This document shows positions 1-8,617 of a stretch of DNA of 64,000 nt, one piece after another. The notes beneath the pieces were generated by a model. That model worked only from the letters and a program-made list of their open reading frames with translations, had not been told where the DNA came from and ran no database searches. Where the stretch lies: the IMG/VR virus record IMGVR_UViG_3300032524_000070. One strand, written 5' to 3'. How positions within the stretch are numbered: the stretch's first letter is position 1; each line of letters opens with the position of its first letter. The position numbers and the translations under genes are program-made. The DNA is from a virus.

Positions 1-1
1 C

Positions 2-229
2 AACCCCTCCACGGCGACGACGAAGGCCCGTGTCCGTGTCACCGTCGAGATCCTCGACTGCCCGGAGGTCGGTGACACCAGCTACTCGTTCACCCTCGAC
101 GAGGCGGTCATCTCGAACAGCCGCGAGGTGAAGCAGGTCGAGCTGCCGGACGGTGGGTACGAGCTGGTGTCCAGCCCGGATGTCACCTGGTCGATCACGG
201 GCACGGAGCTGGACGTTCCGAGCCACTGA
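2..229 (+). CDS. Hypothetical protein, 3' part (truncated by window start)
   Basis: Open frame from nt 2 (NPSTATTKARVRVTVEILDCPEVG...LDVPSH) to TGA at 227-229, with C/G-rich third positions like neighbouring genes. Not in the ORF track because it has no start. Confidence 0.7.
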   Translation, partial: NPSTATTKARVRVTVEILDCPEVGDTSYSFTLDEAVISNSREVKQVELPDGGYELVSSPDVTWSITGTELDVPSH

Positions 230-255
230 TCCGCCTATCAGCGGCGGGAGGTAGA
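224..255 (+). promoter_or_regulatory. Putative phage late promoter (class III motif)
   Basis: CACT-N7-CTAT-N12-GTAGA. The final A is the A of ATG 255. Matches a motif repeated upstream of structural genes. Confidence 0.45.
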
Positions 256-282
256 TGTACTTCCAGCTAACCGAGTTCCGGC

Positions 283-314
283 CGGTAGTTCTCCTATCAC
301 CTTCGTCAGTTGAA
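283..314 (+). promoter_or_regulatory. Putative phage late promoter (class III) carried by the endonuclease insertion
   Basis: CGGT-AGTTCTC-CTAT-N12-TTGAA, 15 nt upstream of ATG 330. Confidence 0.5.
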
Positions 315-329
315 GGTACGGAGACCCAC

Positions 330-1133
330 ATGCCATCTCGCAAGCACCACCTCATCGACAAGAGCCTCCTCACCAGACTCTATTTTGATGAGGAACGGTC
401 ACTTCGAGCCATCGTGGTGGCAACTGGGACGAACTACCGCCTGGTCAGGGACTCTTTCAAAGCACATGGGTTGTCCTGGCGGTCGAAGTCGGAGGCTCGT
501 GCTGGTCGGCCTTGGGACGATGTCACCAGGGCCAAAATCGCTTCCACAAGGTCAGGACAGAAAGATGCTCCTGAGGTAGCCGCCCGAAAGCGGAGGCAAC
601 TGTCCACTGCGGGCGGGCGCGGGTGGAACAAGGGGTTGACAGCGGCAACGGACGAGAGGGTCGCACGGCAGCGAGATGCTTCCGTTGTGGTTATGCATAC
701 TCCAGAGTTCCGTGCTCGTGCATCGCAAGCTAAGGCGGCACAAATCGAAGCCGGAGGCTACTGGGACCGGGGCTACGTCGAGACCCAGAAGTCCGGGCGC
801 TTGTACTTCATGTCCTCGTGGGAGAGGAGGCGTTGGCTTGAGCTGGATGCTGATCCCGATGTCGTGCAGTTCACTCGTCATCCGTGCCGTATCCCCTACC
901 AGTGGGAGGGTAACCAGCATTTGTATCTGCCAGACGTGCTGATTGGGTACACCGATGGCAGCAAGGTGTTGGAGGAGATCAAGCCCCGAGCACTGCTAGA
1001 TCGTCCGCACAAGGGGCAGAGTCGTCTGCTCGCCAAGGTGCAAGCTGGAGTTGACCATGCAGCCTCTCAAGGCTGGGGTTGGCGGATCTTCTCGTATGAC
1101 GGAGAAGGGGGTGCGTCATTTATTTCCAGTTGA
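330..1133 (+). CDS. Free-standing homing endonuclease: HTH + NUMOD3-like segment + TnsA N-terminal-like PD-(D/E)XK nuclease
   Basis: The C-terminal SSWERR..LELDADPDV..F...P.RIPY......YLPD........LEEIKP is the TnsA_N/T4 gp4-like pattern. The N-terminal LTRLYFDEERSLRAI...G is HTH-like and GRPWDDVTRAKIA is NUMOD3-like. RBS GGAG precedes ATG 330, with an in-frame ATG at 255. Codon usage is less GC3-biased than the flanks. Confidence 0.8.
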   Translation: MPSRKHHLIDKSLLTRLYFDEERSLRAIVVATGTNYRLVRDSFKAHGLSWRSKSEARAGRPWDDVTRAKIASTRSGQKDAPEVAARKRRQLSTAGGRGWNKGLTAATDERVARQRDASVVVMHTPEFRARASQAKAAQIEAGGYWDRGYVETQKSGRLYFMSSWERRRWLELDADPDVVQFTRHPCRIPYQWEGNQHLYLPDVLIGYTDGSKVLEEIKPRALLDRPHKGQSRLLAKVQAGVDHAASQGWGWRIFSYDGEGGASFISS

Positions 1134-2311
1134 CCGAGGCGTTGAAGAGACGGTTCATCGAGGAGCTGCGACGCTACTGGTCGCAGCACCCGAAGTACCG
1201 TGACGACCTCGTGCAGAACATCCAGGGGAAGTTCAGCTTCAAGGAGAGGCCCCAGCACGGGATCATCATCAAGACCGGCTCGGGCAACCGGGTAGACCTC
1301 TCAGCCGACAACTACATCGGCGTGATCGAGTCCTACTGCCTGATGACCCGGGTGAAGAACAAGCCCGGCCTCTCGGTCGAGTGGGTCCGCGAGGACTCCG
1401 TCGCCATCCAGAACAACAACGGCTACTTCCCCTCGCCTCCCGGCCTCTACTACCTCGACGTGCAGGATGAGGACGGGAAGCTCGTCTTCTACGTGGACCC
1501 GCTCGTCGAGGTCTTCCACGAGCCCGTGAGCCTCATCACCCCGACGAGTGGCCAGCTCCAGCAGACCCCGGTGATCGGCAGCCTCCGGCTCTTCGAGCAG
1601 CCGTCCCGCTTCCAGCTCGTAGAGGGCGTGAACTACGACCTCGACGCCACAGGGGGCATCACCCTGACCAGCCCGTTGACGGGTGGCCGGTGGTTGCAGG
1701 CGGACTACCGCTACCCCACAGCATCAACGGGGCCGTACACCATCCACGAGATGCACGCGAACAACGTGGCCGTCCCCGGAGTGGTCATCGCCTTCGGTCG
1801 GCGAGCACAGGCGGGCGACCAGATTGCCATCATGGTCCACGACATCCGGCGGCCCGCCTACATGGAGTACGGCGGGAAGTGGGAGCTGACCCTCGACTGC
1901 GACGTGATGAGCCGGGATGTCCACGCCCAGCAGGAGATCGTGGACCAGACGGTCATCTACCTCTGGGGCGTGCTCCGGTCGCACCTCTCGCACAAGGGCA
2001 TCGAAATCACGGATGTCTCGATGGGCGGTGAGTCAGAGGAGGTCTACGACGAGAACGGTGACGACTACTTCTACAACGCCAACTTCACCATCACCTGCCA
2101 GACCGACTGGTCCATCCATGTCCCCATCGACGGCTGGATGCGGCAGGCAGCTCCCCTGACTCGCGCTCAGGCTGCCCAGATTGCTGCCCTCTCCGACGAT
2201 GAACTTCGGGGGGAGGACGGTAACATCGTGGGTCTGGAGGCCCTTGGCGTCGAAGCGATCCAGGACCCCTTCTGGTCCGGCCGCCGAGGAACCTTCGAGA
2301 TGGTGAAGTAG
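1118..2311 (+). CDS. Putative neck / tail terminator (tail completion) protein
   Basis: 393-aa ORF from TTG 1130, extended here to ATT 1118 (IYFQLTEALKRRF) behind GGGGGTG. The C-terminal ELTLDCDVMSRD...EIVD...GIEITDVSMGGESEE...FYNANFTIT resembles tail-terminator folds. It lies upstream of the sheath. Confidence 0.55.
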   Translation: MYFQLTEALKRRFIEELRRYWSQHPKYRDDLVQNIQGKFSFKERPQHGIIIKTGSGNRVDLSADNYIGVIESYCLMTRVKNKPGLSVEWVREDSVAIQNNNGYFPSPPGLYYLDVQDEDGKLVFYVDPLVEVFHEPVSLITPTSGQLQQTPVIGSLRLFEQPSRFQLVEGVNYDLDATGGITLTSPLTGGRWLQADYRYPTASTGPYTIHEMHANNVAVPGVVIAFGRRAQAGDQIAIMVHDIRRPAYMEYGGKWELTLDCDVMSRDVHAQQEIVDQTVIYLWGVLRSHLSHKGIEITDVSMGGESEEVYDENGDDYFYNANFTITCQTDWSIHVPIDGWMRQAAPLTRAQAAQIAALSDDELRGEDGNIVGLEALGVEAIQDPFWSGRRGTFEMVK

Positions 2312-2319
2312 GAGCGAGC

Positions 2320-2559
2320 ATGGAAGAGGTCCGCCACAAGACGGCGAAGGCGTGGGTCGAGGCCATCGACAAGAGTCACGAGCTGGAGCCCGGCGACGAC
2401 GCCCGGCGGCGATGCCTCGGGTTCTTCGACCACACGGACGAGAAGCACCACATCCTGAGCATCACCCTGGCGAAAGCCACCGGCAAGGCGCTGGGTGATC
2501 AGAGGGAACTCCTGAAGACCCCGGAGGGCCGCGCGAAGCTCATCGAGGGCCGTGCCTGA
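2320..2559 (+). CDS. Hypothetical protein (79 aa)
   Basis: RBS GGAG before the ATG. Its TGA overlaps the ATG of the next gene. Confidence 0.75.
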   Translation: MEEVRHKTAKAWVEAIDKSHELEPGDDARRRCLGFFDHTDEKHHILSITLAKATGKALGDQRELLKTPEGRAKLIEGRA

Positions 2560-2987
2560 TGCCCCTCTACACCTTCCAGTGCGAGTGCGGCGTCCAGTTC
2601 GATGCCCGTGCAGCCATCGCCGACCGGGAGCAGACGAAGCCCTGCCCCGCCTGCCCGGAGCAGGGCAGGCCCATCCCCCCGTCCGGTGTTCACGGTCACT
2701 TCAAGAAGGAGGTGACCGGCCCCGTGCCGCAGAACACGGGCATCCACGACCTCGACACGAAGATCGACCGCGTGATCGGGCAGTCCAGCCACCAGGGCTG
2801 GGAGGTGGCCGAGGGGCGGAAGCGGATGAAGGAGGAAGTCATGCACCGTGAAGGCGTCACGGGCCACGACCTCTCCAAGAATCTCGACGGCTCCTACCGG
2901 GTGCTCAAGCCCGAAGAACGGGGTCTGCATGAACGCAGTCAGGCGATCCACCAGGCTGCGGGCGAGCGCAACAAGCCCAAGGGGTAG
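2559..2987 (+). CDS. FmdB-family zinc-ribbon protein
   Basis: MPLYTFQCECGVQF...PCPACP matches the FmdB MP.Y.(Y/F).C..CG..F...CP.C signature. Confidence 0.8.
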   Translation: MPLYTFQCECGVQFDARAAIADREQTKPCPACPEQGRPIPPSGVHGHFKKEVTGPVPQNTGIHDLDTKIDRVIGQSSHQGWEVAEGRKRMKEEVMHREGVTGHDLSKNLDGSYRVLKPEERGLHERSQAIHQAAGERNKPKG

Positions 2988-2988
2988 T

Positions 2989-3020
2989 CGGTAGTTTGAC
3001 TATCCCGCACGCTTATCAGC
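2989..3020 (+). promoter_or_regulatory. Putative phage late promoter (class III, partial match)
   Basis: CGGT-AGTTTGA-CTAT immediately after the FmdB stop. The downstream GTRR element is not conserved. Confidence 0.45.
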
Positions 3021-3049
3021 GAAGGGCAAGTTCGTAGAACGCGCCTCGG

Positions 3050-3217
3050 CACCTCCTCTCCGCACCGGAGATGGCTAGACGGATCAACGACGGAATGAGC
3101 CACAGCTTGTGCTTCCCCTGATGGGGACCTGCCTCCCGCGCTTCGGCGGGGATGGACACGATGAAGCCACACGGACTGACGCTCGAACCCTGTTGACCCT
3201 TCTCGTGAGGTGCCCTG
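3050..3217 (+). promoter_or_regulatory. Structured 5' leader of the sheath gene with two hairpin + ACGGA-loop units
   Basis: Unit 1 is TCTCCG-cac-CGGAGA then TGGCT...AGCC enclosing two ACGGA. Unit 2 is TCCCGCGC-TTCG-GCGGGGA-TGG...ACGGA. Similar units occur at 17459-17604. Confidence 0.55.
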
Positions 3218-6200
3218 ATGGCTTTCCCCGGTCTGAACTACGCCCCGCCCAACGTCTACACCCGTACCGAGTACGAGAACCCTCTCCAGGGGGCCATCGA
3301 GTCTTTGAAGATCCCGATCTTCATCGGTGAGGGCAACGAGTACCTGTCCCAGGTGGACCTGGAGTGCGTGCGCGGCTCGTCCGCGACCATCGACCAGCGC
3401 ATCGTCGGCGAAGACATGACGGGCCGTGCGGTCGTCAGCGTCTCTGCCACGGGCGTCGTGACGCGGGGTGCCTTCAACGGCGTGCTCAACCGGGTGCAGG
3501 TCCAGAACCTCCCCGTCGTGGACGGCTCCGGTCGGGGCACGACCAGCAACAGCCGCAGCGACGTGACGGTGACCCTGAACGGGCTCCCGGTGGTCGTGAC
3601 GGCCCTGGACGGTGCGGCAGGCATCCTGACCCTCGCGCAGTCCCCGGCTCTGGGCGACCTCCTGCGGGTGAGCTACTACTTCAACCGTGAGGACACGCTC
3701 GTCACGGACGACCTCTCGGAGCAGGTGACCACCCTGGCGGCCCTCATCGAGGCGTCCGTGGGCATCAAGGACGTGAACGCCCCGACGCCGGGCACCACGA
3801 CCATCGACCTGCACGCTGACGTGCTCGGGCCGAGTGGTCAGGTCATCGTCCCGGCGAACAACGTGCTGAACCTGGTCGTGGACGGAACGACGGTCGCGCT
3901 GACGCTGACCCCGAAGACCGACTACACGATGCAGCAGATCTCCAACGTGATCTCGGCTGCGGGCTTCGGGACGTTGACGGGTGCCACCTTCGTCAACAAC
4001 CACGGCGAGAGCACTCTCTCGCTGAACGCCGACCACGACCTGACGGTCCTGGAGGGGACGGCGAACGCCCTGCTGGGGCTGGTCACGGGCTCCGTGAGCA
4101 TCCGCCGGAAGACCTTCTACACGTTCAACGGCCCCATCGTGGACGGCACCAACGGCGGCGTTACGACGACCGACCCGAGCCACGTCGTCGTCAAGGTGGA
4201 CGGCGTGCAGGTCATCCCGACCACCGTGGACGGGGCGACCCGGGCCATCACCCTCGCGCAGGCTCCCGAGGCCGGTTCGACGGTGACGGCGACCTACTGG
4301 TTCAACACCTGGCAGGACACCTACGACCACCTGGCCCACGTGAACGTCACGAGCGTCGAGCGGGTCGGTGATGTCCCCGGCGGCAGCCAGTACACGCAGG
4401 AAGCGGACTTCATCCTCCAGAACGACCGGGTGATGTGGGGCACGGCAGCCTCGGTCGTCAGCGGCATCACGACCACGGGGTCGGAGCTGCTCGACGACAC
4501 GCAGGTCACCCCGACGCTGGTGGACAACCGGACCTTCATGTCCCTCTGCACGCCGGTCACGTCCGCACAGGGCACGGTCAGCACGAGCGACTTCCAGCTC
4601 CCCCTGAGCCCGACGCTGGGCAACGGGCGTTCGACGAGCCTCGGTCAGAGCCTCTTCCAGAGCATCAGCAACAACCGCATCGGCGTCCCGGTGAACCGGC
4701 CCGACGTGGTGGATGTCTACTGGGGCTTCTCGGTGGAAGACGCGCTGGTGCGCGGGCAGGTCGAGGCCATCAAGGTCGAGGGCAGTGTCATCACCCTGCC
4801 GGTGAACGTCCCGGTCGGGGCCAGCGTCTTCGCCAGCTTCTATCACAACATGATCGTGGACATGGAGTACACGCTGGCCGTGGTCCTGCCCGGCATCAGC
4901 GGCGTGGGCACCTACACCATCGCCGACTCCGCAGGCTCCAGCGTCTTCACGCCGACCTTCGACAACAGCACGAAGTCGGCGGGCCTGACGGGCATCGAGA
5001 TCGTCTTCCCGAGCGGCTCCGAGTTGACCCCGGACCTCCACTTCGAGGGAGGTGCCGGGACCGGCTTCACCGGCCCCATCGAAGAGGTCGTCACGGTCAC
5101 CCTCGCGGCGACCCAGGACACCCCGGCGAAGTTCACGGTCTCCGGCCCCTCGCCCTACGTCTTCGTCCCCGGTGAGTCCGACCTCATCGCCATGACGATC
5201 AACGGGGACCTGGTCCTCCCGGTCGCGGGCACCGACATGGACGTGCTCTCCGGCGGTGGTCTGGGCGTCATGGCCCACTTCGTCGGCAACGAGGTGGTCT
5301 ACCCGGACGGCATCGACTTCGACGCGGCTGACTTCGTGAACGGCAACGAGCAGGTCATCCTCACCCTCGACGCGGTGGAGGTCACGGCGACCGTCGAGGC
5401 CGCTGCGAACGTGACCGTGGACGGTTGGGTCGCGGCCATCAACGAGGCGGCTGACGGCCACCAGGGCGTCGCAGGCGCGGGTGCCCCGGCTACCACGACC
5501 TTCGAGCTGGCAGCGGGCAGCCGTTCCGCCGTGGACAACTACTACGCCGGGTGGCGGGTGGTCGTCGGCAGCGGTGCCTTCGCCATCACGGCGGGTTCCA
5601 TCGGTACGGTCGCCAGCTACGTCGGAGCCACGGGCATCATCACCCTGACGGCGGCCATCGCCGGGGCCGCCATCTTCACGGTGGGCGATCCCTACCGCAT
5701 CTACAACCCCGACACGATGGCCGAGGTCAAGGGAGCCACGCGCTTCAACGGTCCCATCGACCTGTCGGGTGGTGCGGGCTTCGACACCCTGACCCTGCGG
5801 TTCAACTGTCTCGCCACGGGGGGTGCGGTGAACATCAGTGCCGGTGTGGCGGCCCTGCACGCATCGGTCACCGCTCTGGCGACGGCCCTCAACACGGCCT
5901 TCCGTGGGGCCTCCGGCAGCGACATCCTGGTCACCCCGGCGGTCGGCTCCCCCATCGCCCTCGCCATCGTCGGTGATGTCCTCCTCTCGGGTCTGGACTT
6001 CATCTTCACGGCGGACGGCGAGGGTCGCCTGACGGTGGTGGTTCAGCTCCCGGGCCTCTCGGCGGCGGGCTTCCTGGAGTTCGTGGCACAGGGCGCAGCG
6101 GTCGATGACCTGGGAATCCTCGCGGGCTTCGACGTGGGCACGGCTGGCAGCGGCCAGATGAAGCTGAACATCGGCGAGGTGGCGAAGAGCTACCGGCTGA

Positions 6201-8527
6201 CTCAGGGCGGCGTGAACGTCCACGACCGGCTCATCCTCCGCAACCGCATCCACCCCGGCGGCTTCTCCATGAGCGCCCTGGATGCGGTCGGTCAGTGCCA
6301 GCTCCTCGTGGGCGCGGGCTCCGGCAACGCCAAGGCGGGTCTGACGAACGCGGACTACGGCGAGGCGGCCCACGGTGCCACGGTCCACGGGGCCACGATG
6401 GTCGGTCGGGTCGGCTTCGCTGGTGGCACGAACACGGCGGGCGAGCCGCAGGTGACCTTCTACGACGGTACGGGGGCACAGCCCGCGAACAACGTCCTGG
6501 CCTTCACCCTCGACGGTGTGCCCTTCAGCGTGACGTTCACCTCGTCCGCCACGGGCACGGTGAACATCCTCGGCATCGCGGCGGTCGCGGGCAACCGGAT
6601 CATCCTCCAGATCCAGACGGCCATGGCTGCTCTGCCGGGCGCTCCGTTCGGCAATCTGGCAACCATCCAGGGCGCGAACATCATCCGCCCCGAGGGTGCG
6701 GGCATCCGCATCACCAGCACGGAGATGCACGAGAGCGGCGTCATCGTCATGGGTGGCGGCTCGGCCAACTCGGTACTCGGCTTCACCGAGGGCATGGTCG
6801 CGGCCCGGCAGCTCGTCACGGCGGGGATGCTGGCGTCGGCCCTGAACTCGCACCGGGAGAACAACATCCCGGACTTCCTGCACGACTTCTCGGCCATCAA
6901 CAGCGCGGCTGCTGAGTTCGCTGCACAGGCCATCGCCAAGGTGGTCGAGGACACGGCTTCACGGAAGTTCCTGCACATCGCCTCGGCGGGTCCGGCCACC
7001 AGCGACTACGGCACCGGCTCCACCATCGCCCTGCTGGCGGCCACGACTCGTTCCTGGCTGTTCGTGGGCACGGGCATCGACGAGCTGAGCAACGCCGGTT
7101 CGGCGGGCGAGGCGGCCCTCAACGGATTCTTCGTCACGTCCTCGGACGGGGTGAACGGGTCGGGTTCGACTGACACCTCGGTCCTCAACGCGGGCACCGG
7201 ACAGGATGGGACCATCGGCCAGACGTACCGCGACGCGGTGACGGGCCTGACGTTCACCATCCTGCCTCGCGGCTGGCACGACAACCCGGCGGGTCCGTGG
7301 AACGCCTACCCGGCGGCGGCGACGTTCCGGTTCGCGGTCAGCTCGACGGTCACGACCGACGCGAACATCCCGGTTCGGTCCATCCCCGGTCTGGAGATGA
7401 AGGTCGCCAACACGGCCGGTGTGGGTGCGGGTGACACGGCCATCGTGCAGACGTTCCCGCGAGGGGGCGAAGAGCCCGCCATCGGGGACATCTACTACGC
7501 GAGCTACGTCTACCAGAAGCAGGATTTCACCACGGCATTCTTCACGAAGATGTCGTCCATCATCGCGGCCTACGGTGCCATCCACCCGGAGAACCCGGTG
7601 TCGCTGGCGGCCTACCTGGCGATGATCAACGGGGCCGTCCTCGTCGGCGTGAAGCAGGTGCCCCGTGCGACCGGGACCAACTTCGCCAGCATCACGACCT
7701 ACGTGGCGGCGGTCACGGAGCTGGAAGGTGTCCTGCCCGGTCACATCGAGCCGGACCTGATCACTCCCCTGCTCGGGACCTCGACGCAGCTCTTCCAGTT
7801 GCTCGCCCGCAGCAACGACATCCAGAGCAGCATCCGCTACCGCAGCGAGCGCACCAGCGTCATCGGGATGGCGGCGGGCTCGACCGAGGCGCAGGCGAAG
7901 ACCCTGGCTGGTGTCCTGTCCAACGACCGGATGCGGGTGGTCTACCCGGACATGGCCCTCATCGACATCGAGGAGGACGACGGGACCAGCAAGGAGCACC
8001 TCATCGACGGCCCGATGCTGGCCGCGATGCTGACCGGCTCCGTGGTCAGCCCGAACTACGACGTGGCCTCCCCCTGGACGCGACGGAAGCTCATCGGGCC
8101 GAGCCAGCTCGGTCGGACGCTCGACGCCGTGCAGCAGAACCAGCTCGCCCAGGCGGGCATCACGGTGCTGGACGACAAGCCCCCCTTCATCCGGGTGCGT
8201 CACGGTCTGACGACCGACATGACCAGCATCCTGACGAAGACGCCGACCGTCCGGCTCATCGCCGACCACGTGCAGCAGCAGAGCCGGTCCACGCTGGACC
8301 AGTTCATCGGGCTGAAGTTCCTGCCCGGCATCCTCTCGCAGGTCGAGGGGCGGCTGGCCAAGATGTTCCAGACGCTCGTGAAGCAGCAGATCATCGCCAT
8401 CTACACCGGCCTCAAGGCTCAGGTGGATGCCGAGGACCCGACGACGGCCAACGTCGAGGCGTACTACCAGCCGGTCTTCCCGCTGCTCTACATCGTCCTG
8501 ACGTTCCATTTGAGGGCCTCCCTCTAG
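3218..8527 (+). CDS. Giant contractile tail sheath protein (1769 aa)
   Basis: N-terminal YAPPNVYTRTE..IPIFIGEG and C-terminal IRVRHGLTT...PTVRLIADHV...FIG.K...AYYQPVFPLLYIVLTF are typical sheath termini. About 1300 aa of beta-rich insertion lie between them. RBS GAGGTG. Confidence 0.9.
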   Translation: MAFPGLNYAPPNVYTRTEYENPLQGAIESLKIPIFIGEGNEYLSQVDLECVRGSSATIDQRIVGEDMTGRAVVSVSATGVVTRGAFNGVLNRVQVQNLPVVDGSGRGTTSNSRSDVTVTLNGLPVVVTALDGAAGILTLAQSPALGDLLRVSYYFNREDTLVTDDLSEQVTTLAALIEASVGIKDVNAPTPGTTTIDLHADVLGPSGQVIVPANNVLNLVVDGTTVALTLTPKTDYTMQQISNVISAAGFGTLTGATFVNNHGESTLSLNADHDLTVLEGTANALLGLVTGSVSIRRKTFYTFNGPIVDGTNGGVTTTDPSHVVVKVDGVQVIPTTVDGATRAITLAQAPEAGSTVTATYWFNTWQDTYDHLAHVNVTSVERVGDVPGGSQYTQEADFILQNDRVMWGTAASVVSGITTTGSELLDDTQVTPTLVDNRTFMSLCTPVTSAQGTVSTSDFQLPLSPTLGNGRSTSLGQSLFQSISNNRIGVPVNRPDVVDVYWGFSVEDALVRGQVEAIKVEGSVITLPVNVPVGASVFASFYHNMIVDMEYTLAVVLPGISGVGTYTIADSAGSSVFTPTFDNSTKSAGLTGIEIVFPSGSELTPDLHFEGGAGTGFTGPIEEVVTVTLAATQDTPAKFTVSGPSPYVFVPGESDLIAMTINGDLVLPVAGTDMDVLSGGGLGVMAHFVGNEVVYPDGIDFDAADFVNGNEQVILTLDAVEVTATVEAAANVTVDGWVAAINEAADGHQGVAGAGAPATTTFELAAGSRSAVDNYYAGWRVVVGSGAFAITAGSIGTVASYVGATGIITLTAAIAGAAIFTVGDPYRIYNPDTMAEVKGATRFNGPIDLSGGAGFDTLTLRFNCLATGGAVNISAGVAALHASVTALATALNTAFRGASGSDILVTPAVGSPIALAIVGDVLLSGLDFIFTADGEGRLTVVVQLPGLSAAGFLEFVAQGAAVDDLGILAGFDVGTAGSGQMKLNIGEVAKSYRLTQGGVNVHDRLILRNRIHPGGFSMSALDAVGQCQLLVGAGSGNAKAGLTNADYGEAAHGATVHGATMVGRVGFAGGTNTAGEPQVTFYDGTGAQPANNVLAFTLDGVPFSVTFTSSATGTVNILGIAAVAGNRIILQIQTAMAALPGAPFGNLATIQGANIIRPEGAGIRITSTEMHESGVIVMGGGSANSVLGFTEGMVAARQLVTAGMLASALNSHRENNIPDFLHDFSAINSAAAEFAAQAIAKVVEDTASRKFLHIASAGPATSDYGTGSTIALLAATTRSWLFVGTGIDELSNAGSAGEAALNGFFVTSSDGVNGSGSTDTSVLNAGTGQDGTIGQTYRDAVTGLTFTILPRGWHDNPAGPWNAYPAAATFRFAVSSTVTTDANIPVRSIPGLEMKVANTAGVGAGDTAIVQTFPRGGEEPAIGDIYYASYVYQKQDFTTAFFTKMSSIIAAYGAIHPENPVSLAAYLAMINGAVLVGVKQVPRATGTNFASITTYVAAVTELEGVLPGHIEPDLITPLLGTSTQLFQLLARSNDIQSSIRYRSERTSVIGMAAGSTEAQAKTLAGVLSNDRMRVVYPDMALIDIEEDDGTSKEHLIDGPMLAAMLTGSVVSPNYDVASPWTRRKLIGPSQLGRTLDAVQQNQLAQAGITVLDDKPPFIRVRHGLTTDMTSILTKTPTVRLIADHVQQQSRSTLDQFIGLKFLPGILSQVEGRLAKMFQTLVKQQIIAIYTGLKAQVDAEDPTTANVEAYYQPVFPLLYIVLTFHLRASL

Positions 8528-8535
8528 TTCAATGA

Positions 8536-8548
8536 TTTCAACCACTTA
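8536..8548 (+). promoter_or_regulatory. IHF-like binding site
   Basis: TTTCAACCACTTA differs by one base from the IHF consensus WATCAANNNNTTR. It sits in an AT-rich patch 33 nt upstream of a -35 box. Confidence 0.35.
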
Positions 8549-8581
8549 GGTCCCTTCATCGGGCCGGGTGGTTGATAGTCG

Positions 8582-8610
8582 TTGACTAAGTATCGGGCAG
8601 TCCGTATCTT
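8582..8610 (+). promoter_or_regulatory. Sigma70-like promoter, predicted leaderless
   Basis: TTGACT-N17-TATCTT, then 7 nt to ATG 8618, with no clear Shine-Dalgarno. Confidence 0.65.
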
Positions 8611-8617
8611 CCGGGGT

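Noticed and set aside
330-1133. Tn7-like transposon
   Set aside because: Only a TnsA_N-like domain is present, with no TnsB/C/D genes or terminal repeats.
276-1138. Group I intron or intein around the TnsA-like nuclease
   Set aside because: There is no room for ribozyme core elements, no intein Cys/HN termini, and the duplicated N-terminus makes splicing unnecessary.
2939-6883. 1314-aa antisense ORF and the many other long minus-strand ORFs under structural genes (e.g. 26007-28352, 44905-47214, 60215-62275)
   Set aside because: Shadow ORFs produced by the strong C/G third-position bias of the sense genes. Their translations are R/G/H/V-rich with no motifs or RBS.
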